From positions 132,866,001 to 132,930,000 of the forward strand of contig OZ024741.1 in NCBI GenBank assembly GCA_964016885.1: a stretch of DNA of 64,000 bases, written 5' to 3'. The translations under genes were made by a program, and so were the position numbers. The stretch comes from Eledone cirrhosa. Its lineage: Eukaryota. The notes beneath the pieces were generated by a model that saw only the letters and a list, made by a program, of their open reading frames with translations, had not been told where the DNA came from and did no database searches. Shown piece by piece: positions 11,553 through 22,866 of the stretch; the stretch's first letter is position 1; each line of letters opens with the position of its first letter.

Positions 11553-12459
11553 CTTCTCTGGAAAAAAATTGACTGTGTTCCAACGTAGAAAGAGATGGGC
11601 TCTGCCAGGTTTAAAATACCCAATGACTGTGCTCCTACAACTCCATTGGGACTTAAATGGCCCTTTGTTATTAAGAGCCAGACATTGAAGCTACTCCACA
11701 TAAAATTCAAAACCAAAGAAAAAAACCTGCATTGAATAATAAAATAGTTAAATTCATATATTCTTGCAATAATTACAATTATCTATACTCAGCTACAAAT
11801 GTTTCTTTTGATTGAAAAGGTTTGCAAACCTTGCAACAATTGAGGGTCAGAAGCTTTTTTAGTAAGCTAAGACAGTATCTAATAATTATTATTGCCTGAG
11901 GAAGGTATGAGTATGGCATAATTCTATTATTGTTAATCTATAAAGTTAGTAACATGGTGTCTATGAATAATAATAATAATAATAAATTTAAATCATTTTA
12001 ATAAAGATAGCTGTATCATGGAGAGAGAGTGGAGAGGGGGGGGGGGGGGGTAAACAAAGAAACAATTGTTTTACGAAGCATAGCATTGAACAAATTTAAA
12101 TTTTGAAAATCTGCTAGCTTATTCTAGGTTGCTACTACACAAGTTTAACTATAATATAGTAAAATAAGTTGGAGACGGAAGTGAATTTGTATCTACCATT
12201 TACTGAACTGCTGTGTCACCATTAAATATTTCAACAGGTGACTGTCCACCTTTTGCCTTCCCTGTGGTTTTATATGCCCAACTAGTTTGACTATTTTAGG
12301 GTTAAACTTGAGCGGTAGCAGCTTACAGTAAGCTATTTCCAATATGTATATATGACTATGACAATGATATATATGTGTGTATATATACATATATATATAT
12401 ATGTGTGTGTGTGTGTGTCTGTGTGAGTCTGTGTGTACACATATATATATGTGTGTATA

Positions 12460-12941
12460 TCTATATATATATAAAGTTGTATTCCTGTCTGTTTGTTTGT
12501 TCATGAACAACTCCTATGGTTTTGGAGATAGACCCCCATAACCATATATATTCTGAAACTACATTGCCCAGGGTACTTGGATAAGTATATTTCATTTTAA
12601 TCAAAGGGTTCCCCGAAGCCACAAATCCCCGCTGAAAATTTTTTCCCTTCGATTTATATGAAATTTAAACCATAGGTAAATGACAAGATATGATGCCTAT
12701 TCACAAAAGTTTTGAATTGATATTTTGAAAAAAATTATTTACAAGAAACAAAATAAGAATAAGATTTAATAATGTAATTTTGATTTGATATATTACAAAA
12801 AATGTTTTCCAATTTTTCATTGAATAATATTGACATGCAGAGTTTTTCTCCATAAATTATATCACTGATTTAAAATCAATCATCATTTTCTTACAAAAAA
12901 GAAATGTGTGAAACGCAGCAAGGTGCAGGTAATTCGGCTAG
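12460..12941 (+). mobile_element. Non-autonomous Helitron
   Basis: A|TCTATATATATAAAG 5' end, (GTTT/GTCT)n near the 5' end, imperfect GC-rich subterminal hairpin, and CTAG|T 3' end at 12938-12942. Confidence 0.7.
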
Positions 12942-12982
12942 TATATATATCATCATCATCATCATCATCATCATCATGACGA

Positions 12983-13025
<43 letters not shown>

Positions 13026-13383
13026 GAAAAAACGAAGTTTTGTTTAGATGTTTTTATTATCGACCTGTTAAGTACGTTTCACAAATGATTGGCTCAAGGT
13101 TACCCTGGTGATTCAACAAAACACAGAGTATATACATCCTGCCCTGCCTGCACATCGAGTGCTCATATTGGTACCACCACCAATTATAATTCACTGAATT
13201 ATCTATACTATATATATATATATATGAGGAGCAGTGATGTCACATGAGCAAGATTAGAAGAGGGCATCTAGCTGTAGTAACCAAGCCAGAAACAGTTCTG
13301 TATACAGTCACTTAATCTCACAATGAGACAACCTCTCTAAACCATGCTAACCTGGAAAATGGATGTTTCACCACCACCACTGC

Positions 13384-15560
13384 TTGTACCCATGAGAGGT
13401 CGGGTACTCTGTATTACTGCGTGACACCAGAGGTCACGGTCGTGTGTCATCGCCTTTGAGAGGTGTAATTGTGTAAGGTCGGCTTTTATCACCTCATCCC
13501 AGGTCATCTTGGGTCTCCCCACTCCGCGGTTTCCATCGACTTCTAGTGTTCTGCACCTTTTTATGCAGCTGTCATCCTTCATACGCATCACATGTCCATA
13601 CCAACGCAACCGCCTCTCCTGCACACAGCATTTGATTCCTCTTATGCTCAGTCTCTCTCTCTCAATTCATTTATGCTTTGTCGTTCGCGTATATTACTAT
13701 TACACATCCATCGGAGCATGCAGGCTTCGTTTCTCTCTAATCTACGTAAGTCTTCCACCTTCAGCGCCCAGGTCTCACTACCATGCAACATCGCTGTTCG
13801 GATACACGCATCATACAGTCTGCCTTTCATTTTGAGGGAGAAGCCTTTTGCAGCTAGCAGTGGTAGTAGTTCCCTAAACCTCTTCCATCCCGTTCTTACC
13901 CTAGTTATTGTACTTTCTGAACACCCACCTCCGCTGCTAATTCGGTCACCTAGGTAGCAGAAGCTGTCTACAGAGCCCTCTCAGAGATTGGTGGTACTTG
14001 TTTCCTGTGGCTGTTTGCTGCTTGCTGTCCCAGCACAGCTGCTGCATGTGAAGCCTACATTCTTAATTAAGCTTCCTGAGATCCCGCTACATCTCTTGTG
14101 CATTTGGGGCAGAGAATGGAGTTCCTACCTACACCTTTCCTACATACTGAGCAAGGCCATTTCCCTGAGGGTATCTGGGTTCTGTCTTCTCGTCTACTTA
14201 CAAGGACCTTAGTCTTTGTCATGTTGACTTTGAGACCCTTTCTTTCTAGTCCCTGCTTCCAAGTTTGGAATTTATTCTCTAGTTCTACCATAGATTCAGC
14301 TATGCGAGGTCATCAGCATACAGGAGTTCCCATGGGCATCCGGTCTTAAACTCCTCCGTTATTGTCTGCAGGACTATGATGAACGGGGGGGGGGGGGCTA
14401 AGAACAGAGCCCTGGTGGACCCCAACCTGTACGCTAAATTCCTCGCTATACTCATTGCTAATCCTAACTTTGTTGACTTAGCTAAGTATACTTGTCGCCT
14501 AGCTTCCCTCTTGGTCTCTATGTAATGTACCCTGCTTCCCCCATTCTTCCATTCTTTCCATGCCTGTCTCTTGGCCTTAACTGCCTCATCTACCTTATTG
14601 TTCCACCACCAAGTCACTCTCCTCCTGCTTGTGGTCTTACTCCAGCCACAGACCTCATCCGTCGCCTCTAGTAAGTTATTTTTTAGGAACTCCCAGTTCT
14701 CTTCTACATTGAATGTCTCTATCTGTTCTTCTTTACTGTCGTAGGCGTTGAGTAAAATATCTTTAAATCTGTTACTGGTTGAGGGGTCTTTCAGCTTCCA
14801 GATCTTTCTTCTCCAGGTTGGCCTCTGTTTCCAGGTTCGTCTAGTTCTAACTGTGAGGTCGCTGACAACTAAGCTATGTTGGGATGTACATTCCTTACTA
14901 GGGAAGGCTTTTGTGTTTACGATCGTCCATCTGTCACGTCCTCTGATGAGGATAAAATCTATCTGACTAGAATGCTCCCCTGATCTATAGGTGATCACGT
15001 GGTTGTCGGGTTTTTTGAAGTTTGTGTTACTTATCGACATGTCATTGGCGTCGCAGAATTCTAGAAGTCTGAATCCTTCCTCATTTCTTGTGCCAACCCC
15101 ATGGCGTCCATGGACTCTATTGAAACCGTCGCAGTGTTTACCTACATGTCCGTTAAAATCTCCTGCGATGATTAGGAAGTCATTGTCGTTTGTTAGAGCA
15201 GTAGTGTGCATTAGGGACTCGTAAAACCTATCCTTAAGTTCGTCTGGCAAACCCGATTGGGGTGCGTAAGCTGATATTATTGTGGTAATTGTTTTATTCA
15301 GGACTAGTCTGAGTTTAATGATTCTTGCATTTACCCTGTACACTGAGATTACTTTATCTACCCACTTGTCAGCTAGTAGTATACCTACACCACCCATCCC
15401 ATCGTCATTTCCCACCCAGAAAAATTTGTAGCACCGACTTTTTCCTACAAGGACTCTAGCAGACTCTCCTCTCCATCTAGTCTCTTGTACACAGCATACA
15501 TCAATTTCCTTTCTCTCTAGCATTTCTACGATTTCTCCTGCTCTTCCTTTCATTGTGCTG
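13384..15560 (-). mobile_element. RTE-clade LINE copy 2, young, highly similar to copy 3, with multiple internal deletions
   Basis: ORF 14300-15553 carries a complete EN (CVQETRW, AYAPQ, GDFNGH, IDFIL) joined to RT remnants (YADD). C-terminal ORFs at 13337-14291. 3' UTR missing. Confidence 0.95.
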
Positions 15561-15884
15561 GAGTTTTGATGATATATATAATAATGGAAAAAGCATAAGC
15601 ATATATATATATATATACATATACATGCACAATTGTATGTTTATACAGACATGAACATATGATACCAGGAGGTTATAGCAAAGCCTTGACAGCAAGATGA
15701 CCTCTTCTGTCACCAAATGCTATATATAACATACCAAGTCAAGTGTTTTCATCAAAATACCAACACTATAGTTGGTTTGGAATGCTGGAAACGTTGCGCT
15801 CTCTCTCTCTCCTACACACTTGATGTGTATCATTACACCATTTTCTATGAATGGAGAGGGTACCACAGACAAAGTTGATACTTA

Positions 15885-16049
15885 CCATATTTCCCGGCAC
15901 CGAAGACGCTTCATCCCCAAGGACACACCCTAATTTTGACAACCAAAATTTTGAAAAAAAATAAACAACCTTCGGCCTCCAGGACGCATGGTAGATTTTT
16001 GAGACTTATTTTAGGGAAAAAGTAGCGTCTTCTACACCAGGAAATACAG
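15885..16049. mobile_element. Tc1/mariner-pogo-type MITE
   Basis: TA|CCATATTTCCCGGCACCGAAGACGCT ... AGCGTCTTCTACACCAGGAAATACAG|TA: ~26-bp imperfect TIRs with TA TSD. Confidence 0.75.
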
Positions 16050-19000
16050 TAATTGAAGAGGTTGTTCTCTTTCCCTCTATCACTTACTGTCCCCCCCCCC
16101 ATCTCTCTCATTCCTCCTCTCCCTCTCTCTCACACACACAGGCACATGTGCAATGTGTATCATCATCAATATTTTATACCATTTTCTATGGTTGGAGAGG
16201 TCACCACAGGCAAAGCCAAGTGAGTATTTAATCCCAGATCTACTGATCTCCCAGGTGGGTTGGCTACTCAACATCATCATCATTTTACGTCTGCTTTTCC
16301 CTGCTTGCACCTTACACTGCACTCTACAGAGAGGTTGATAGCTCTGATTAAGTACTGAATTGGTGTTTGGTAAACTAACTCTTGCTAGCAGGGAAAACAG
16401 ACATTAACCCTTTATCATTTACATTACTCTATATATACTATTGTATTTTCACGGTAAAGGCTTTATCTTACATAATTATCTCACATAATATCGAATTTTG
16501 TTGTCATTTATTTTGAGAACAATACCTTAACATCAATATGAGTGGCCAATTACGGCCAGTTTGAACAGTAAGAGATGAGAGAATTCTGGCTGGATAAGGC
16601 CAGTTTAAATGCTAAACAGTTAAATTATGATGGTGATGAACACAATCAGATGTATTTTTGTTTGTTTGTTTGTTTGTTTTTTTTTTCATTTTATTTGTTT
16701 TTTTTATTTTTTTTAAATTCTCTCTGAATGAATTATTTAGATTTTCTCTACAGATATTTCTGCATAGTAGTGAAGTGTGTCATACCAACATTATTGACGA
16801 TTTCCACATTTACCTTTGGCATACATCTTCCCTCACAACTTTCTATCAACAACTAATATCTATGCATTTCAATTGATACACTGTTCCCATTACATTAAAA
16901 CAAAGAAAGAAAAGAAAGATGATATATGGAAAATAGAGAGGGTTATATTAAAAGGTAACTTGCATGATGCTATATGGTTACCTAAATGCTGGATTTTGAA
17001 TTAAGAAATAACTAATTCAGTTTTAATGTTACTGTATTGGAATAGGTAGAGGGGTCTGTTTGAAAAATAGATTTCATGCTGTAAAAATTGTCAATGGGCC
17101 TGCAACCTATCTTGGGAGGCGTGGGATGGACGCACAAAGATTACGTATCCTGAGGTCCCAAAAAAGGTTTGGAAGGGAGCAAGGTATAACAATTGGAATC
17201 GGTCTTGAAAGTGTTTGTTTTTGTTTTGATGTTTAGTGTACTGAAAGCAAAAGTGAACTACAGTTGTGTAGGTAACTGATTAATTGAAGTATTCTGCTTT
17301 GTACAGGACTACAACTGATTGCGCCAATCAAGGGCAACTCTAAGTGCTTTCACTTGAGCTGCTAAATAAAGCAGCTAAATCTCTCTCAAAATCCGACACA
17401 TCACATTTTATTTTATATTTCTTTCATTATTTAATATTGTAGCAGAGAAATTTCCTGGCTAAGTTTGGAAATGAAGACACTAGTTAGGATGCTGTTTACA
17501 TACAACAGTATAATGGCTTGTTGGATGAATATTGGCCTAAATCCAATGTGGATTCTACTGCAGTGCAAATTCACAGTAGACATGGTCCATAATTAGGAAC
17601 AAGAGTGGTTCAATTAGCAATGGAAAACATTACTGTGATGTTCATTGATCTTACAAAAGAAGTGTGAAGGTACGTGGCTTAGTTGCTAAGGCGTTCAGCT
17701 CATGATCATAAAGTCATGAGTTTGATTTCCAACAGCACATTATGCCCTTGAGCAAGATACTCTATTTCACCTTATTCCAGTTCAATTAGCTGGCAAAAAT
17801 TAGTTGTACCTTTAATTGAAAGGGGACAGCTTTGTCACATGTTGTGCCACACTGAATCTCCCTGAGAACTACATTAAGAACTACATTCTGAAAATGATCA
17901 TCCACTTGCACATTAATTTCATGAGTAGGCTTTTTCATTGGTCATTAAAAGGGAACACCCTTTGATCAATAAATAAACTATCAGTTCAAGACAGTAGATT
18001 GGTGGAATTTTTAGAGTATTCTGCCAAGATCAACTTTGCCTTTCATTCATTCAAGGTCGATAAAAAAAAAAAAAGTACCAGGCTAGTACTGCGGCCGCTT
18101 CTTCCCATATATCTCTTTCTCACATCCTTTCTCTCATTTATATCCTTCTCTGGAAGAAATCTGCTGTGTTCAGGCCTGGAGAGGAGATGGGCTCTGCCAG
18201 GTATAAAAATGCCCTAAGAAATGCTGTATGTCAATATCGTGCTCCTACAACTCCCTCAGAAGTTACGGTTCCATATATACATGACGTGATGTCTTGTGGA
18301 GTTTCTTTTGGCCCTTTATATTCTGAGTTCACCCATGATTCACTGGTGCCAAGCTCTATCAGTTTTTGACTTTCCCTTGAATAACATTGGTAGCGCTGAG
18401 TGGGGAGAATTGCATATATGGGTGACTGCTGGTCTTCGACAAAACAACTTACCCAGGCGTGTGTCTGGGAGAGAAACTTTCCAGATGCAAACCCATAGTC
18501 AACCATAATTAAATGGGGCCCCTAAAATTATAGTAGTAAGAGTAATAGTAATTGTAATATCACCTATAGCAGTGATACATAACTAAAGATTGTGTGTTTG
18601 TATTTTCATGCGCCAATATCAAACAAAAACCTTAATTCCTCCCCAGAATCTTTCTTCATTTGGAGTAAGACCATGTAGGTAAAAAAAAAGAAATTTTTTT
18701 TGTTAGAAATTTCAAAATATCATCACCACAATGCAGGTGTCTCTACTTCCTTTTTTTATAGTTATCTGCATTCTGGCAACTATATTTTCAAAGTTCTCAA
18801 TGTTTTGTAAGTTAACCAAATGTTTCATATTTTTTTTGTGTGTGTGTTTATTTTGAATGTCAGAATATGAAGAAAACAATGCAAGCTAGATGTGTCTACC
18901 ATATCAGATGACAATCAGTTAATAATTACATATCGTATATGATAATTATTGATCAAGAAACTAATATATCAGTGTAGCTACAATAAACTACAGGAGCAGA

Positions 19001-19465
19001 GCATCACAGGAACAACAACAAAAAAACATACTACTTAGTCATTTAAAGATGTTATCTCGTTCTCATTGCCTTTCTTTTTCTAATGACATCTAATAATATT
19101 GTCTAATGACATATTTTCTACTGAGATAAAACAGTTGTATCCAATATGACAAGCAGAAATCAGTAAGGAGGAGGAGGGGTGAAGGTTATAATGATAAATA
19201 CTAAGTAGGGAGAAAGAAATTAAGAATGACATGTTATTGTTAGCAGAGTTCAAGGGAAGATTAAATATTGCAAGAGATAAGATGATAATTTCTCAGAAAC
19301 TATAAACCTCATCTTTAGAGATGAAAACAGATTTTAAAATAATATTTAATTACCTTATTTCTAATTAATAACACTGTCTATAATTTTCAAATCCTTTTGA
19401 GAATAATCAAGAACTTGGAGGGATTTAGTAATATAATTGACTTTTTCATTTTTAAGCTGGTGTTT

Positions 19466-19666
19466 TGGGCAGTATCGATAGAGTGTTGGACAACATGCTT
19501 TGCAGTATATAGCCACTTCCCTTTACATCAAATCAAGCAGAGGTTAGCTTTGTATTTCATTCTTACGGGGTAACTGAAATAAAGTACCAGTAAGGCACTA
19601 GGGTCAATTTAATTGACTCTCCTCTCCCCAAAATTGTTGGCTTTGTGCCTAAATCAGAAACCTTTA
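19466..19666 (+). mobile_element. Meta/MESC-like SINE inserted with a 14-bp TSD into a piggyBac-type MITE (~19350-19816)
   Basis: TTAAGCTGGTGTTT at both 19452-19465 and 19667-19680; flanks match the MITE family seen at 21472-21952. Confidence 0.75.
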
Positions 19667-20163
19667 TTAAGCTGGTGTTTGAAACATAATTTAACAAAGG
19701 TTCATCCACAGAATTATGATGGAAAGTTTTTAGATAAGTATAAATACTTTAAACTAAACAACTTTGTGCCACAGAACCAGGTGTGGTTTCAGATGGTTTC
19801 ACATAAAAAGGGTTAATAATTTACATTATGTTTCGATAAATTGTTATTCATAGTTTAGAAATAAAAGTTCTTGGTTTGAATCCTGTCTGGTATTATTATA
19901 TATACATCAGATATGTAATTTAGGCACAAGGCCAGCAAATTAGTGAGAAGGGCAAAGTTAATCAAATCAACCCCAATATTTGATTGGTACAAATACTGCA
20001 ATAGCATTTTATACAACACTCTACCAATTCTGCCAATCCATCAGTTTTTTAAACAAATATTAACAACATTTGTTATCTCTAAAAGATGAAGTTAATAGTC
20101 AATTGTCTATAAATAGCTGATCTCTCAAACCTTTACAAATTGTTGAAGGGATAAAGTTAATAC

Positions 20164-20430
20164 TAAGAATGGTGTGCTCATGTGCAGAGATGCCATAAAA
20201 TAGCTTATAAAATAGGGTGAAGACAAAGACAGAAAAGGAAGTTGCTATTGGCCGCTAAAAGGAATCGACTTTGTATCTGGGAGATGCAAGGTTTGATTCT
20301 TCATTTTCATGTTTGAGGGTTTTCACCCTATTTTATAAGCTGTGAGGTTTGATTCCTCATAGCAGCTAATGGCAACTTCTTTTTATAAGCTATTTTATGG
20401 CATCTCAGCACATAAGCACACCACTCTTTA
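20164..20430. mobile_element. Foldback/MITE-like element with ~45-bp TIRs and internal inverted repeats
   Basis: AAGAATGGTGTGCTCATGTGCAGAGATGCCATAAAATAGCTTATAAAA versus TTTTATAAGCTATTTTATGGCATCTCAGCACATAAGCACACCACTCTT. Confidence 0.7.
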
Positions 20431-20675
20431 TATAATCTTATTATCATCATCTCTTGTGAGTCATTTAGACATTTACTAAAAATGTTTTAGTAAATAATAC
20501 CTGATAAATGGATGAATGAAACAAGTAAAGTCGAAAAAGGAGATATAAAGAGAGGGAAGGGAGATATAAACAGGGGAAAGAGGGCTTCTTGTTGAATTGC
20601 ATTCAAAGAGTTAAGTCATCTGGCATAATAACGAAGCAACATGCCAGTGCAAGGGAGAAGAAGATACACACTTAC

Positions 20676-20714
20676 CGAAAGGACGGATATCAATAAGTTG
20701 GCACTCATGGTTAT
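20676..20714 (-). CDS. Candidate 39-nt Phactr cassette exon, (D)NHECQLIDIRPF
   Basis: Minus strand reads ATTTTAATTTCTGTAG|ATAACCATGAGTGCCAACTTATTGATATCCGTCCTTTCG|GTAAGT. Good acceptor and donor; open in phase 1-1, matching the 10309-10464 exon. No homology support. Confidence 0.5.
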
Positions 20715-21471
20715 CTACAGAAATTAAAATAGTTCTGGCTATGTATTCACTATAATGATCAGTTTATGGCAGTAAGGCAGTTTGAAACTATTTACATGAT
20801 GGTTCAACATACAAATAGATTGCACAAATTAAGATGACTCTTACTCTCATGTTTCATATCTTATCTCAAACCTTATTAGCAAAATTTACATATTAAATTA
20901 AAAACTAAAAATACATGAATATATATAGCTTATAGGTCACCATTACCACCCAAGCCATTTCCTGCGCCAAAAACTGGTAACAACATTAGATAAGACGTAT
21001 CAGAGACCAAGGAAGATCTGGGCTGAAGTTCTGAGAACTGATTCCAAATTGCTAAAGCTCTCAGAGAAGATGAAGAAAAACTGCAACAAATGAAGGGATG
21101 CTGTGCTGGAAAAGACCTGTCCAACCCATGTAAGCATGAACAAAATGGATGTAAAACAATGATGATGAGAGAGAGAGGGAGGGGGCATTTAGTGTTTTTG
21201 TTTTCATCTAATGAGTTAAAAATTAATAAAATTGCTTTGTGTAAAAGTTCTATTAAATATAAAAATCTGAAATTTGCAATAAATTTCATCTGTCCATTTC
21301 ATGTAAACCACTGAGACAGATAAAAGGTTCTTAATGGTGAAAAACTATCAGCAGTTATAGCAACTAATCATTGATTTAACACCAATCAATGATAAAGTAA
21401 TAACATCTGATAATTCTTAATTCTTCAGCATTCAGTGAGTATTTACAAGTACATTATTGAAATTTGTTTAA

Positions 21472-21952
21472 CCCTTTTGTTACTATATTTCTAATAAAAA
21501 CACTGCCTATAATTTTGAAATTCTTTTGAAAATAAATAAGAATTTGGAGGGTTTTCATAATATAACTAATTTCTCCTTATTAAGCTGATGTTTGGAACAT
21601 AACTTAACCCTTTAGCATTTACATTACACTATATATACTATTGCATTTTCACGGTAAAGGCTTTATACTTACATAATTATCTCACATAATATCGAATCTA
21701 TGTAATTTTGATGTTATTTATTTTGAGAACTATACCTTAACATCAGTATGAGTGGCCAGTTACGGCCAGTTTGAACAGAAAGAGGTGAGAGAATTCTGGC
21801 CAGATACGGCCGGTTTAAATGCTAAAGGGTTAAGAATGGTTCTTAAATAAAATTATAATGGAAAGTTTTTTCTAGATAAACAAACACTTTAAAATAAACA
21901 ACTTTCTTATGGTAGAACTAGGGGTGTCTCAAGTGGTTTGGTATCAAGAGGG
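21472..21952. mobile_element. piggyBac-type MITE family B carrying a nested MITE. Other copies at ~26522-26963, 30620-30846, 48030-48270, 58655-58897, 63470-63664
   Basis: TTAA|CCCTTTTGTTAC ... GTATCAAGAGGG|TTAA; internal sequence shared among the listed copies. Confidence 0.75.
21608..21829. mobile_element. piggyBac-type MITE family A. Other copies at ~16408-16620, 44997-45206, 61790-61974
   Basis: TTAA|CCCTTTAGCATTTA ... TAAATGCTAAAGGG|TTAA: perfect 14-bp TIR with TTAA TSD. Confidence 0.85.
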
Positions 21953-22149
21953 TTAAACCTAATTATCACAAGTTCTCTTTGCAATATTTAAAATAAATTT
22001 TTTTTTTAAATTTTTAAAAACGTACATAAAATAAAATCATACCAAAGTCACAAAGTTGCATAAAATAGATATAGAAACAAAATGAAAAAGGTACCTAAGG
22101 CAATAACACCTGTAAAGTGTGTGGATGAATTTACGGAAACTATTAGATT

Positions 22150-22327
22150 ATAATGATTATGGTGGTGGTGGTAATGATGATGATGGTGGTGGTGATCTTG
22201 ATGATGGGGATTTTAGTGGTAGTCGTGATGGTGTTGATTATGACAGTGGTGGTGATGGTGTTGATTGTGATTGTGGTGATGTTCAAGACAGTGTTGATTA
22301 TGGTAATGTTGATGATGGTGATAATGA
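22150..22327. repeat. Degenerate (GAT/GGT)n low-complexity tract
   Basis: Directly visible. Confidence 0.85.
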
Positions 22328-22680
22328 GTTTTATTCTTTAAAGTATGAAAAGGGAACATTTGCTATATAAAACACAAGTGTAAGTATGCTGCTTCAGGAC
22401 ACCAGCATGGCTGTCAAGAAACAAACAGCATTTTATGCATTTAAGCCTTTCCATAAGATGGCAAAATGGTAAAGTCACTGAAGCATTGGATTAAAAATGC
22501 TTCAGTATTAGTTCCAGATCACTGCACTCTAAGTTCAAATCTCAGGGAGGCCAACTTGGTCTTTCATCCTTTTGAGGTCAATAAAGTGCTAGTCCAGTAC
22601 TGGAATTAGTTAGTTATGTCTGTCTGTCTCTCTGTCTCTCTCTCTCTCATTAGAAAGATAATGATGAACATGATATAGAG

Positions 22681-22866
22681 CAGGCATGTCAAACTGAGGG
22701 TCCCCCGAGGGTCACACACGACAACTAATTGTGCACATTACAACTAATTGTTTTATTTTATATTATGAAGATAAAACATGCTCGTGCTATAAAAACCTTT
22801 GTGCAGGCTGCAGGTATTCTTGTAAAGGGCCGCATGTGGCCGCGAACCATATGTTTGACATGCCTG
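22681..22866. mobile_element. hAT-superfamily MITE (186 bp)
   Basis: TIR CAGGCATGTCAAAC/GTTTGACATGCCTG; perfect 8-bp TSD ATATAGAG (22673-22680 and 22867-22874). Confidence 0.9.

Noticed and set aside
13020-13200. TA-flanked inserts with partial hammerhead-like words (minus-strand GAAAC...GTC here; CCGATGA and CATCGAAA at 53465-53512)
   Set aside because: A complete core with stems could not be assembled on one strand. Probably truncated PLE-like pieces, but not supportable as ribozymes.
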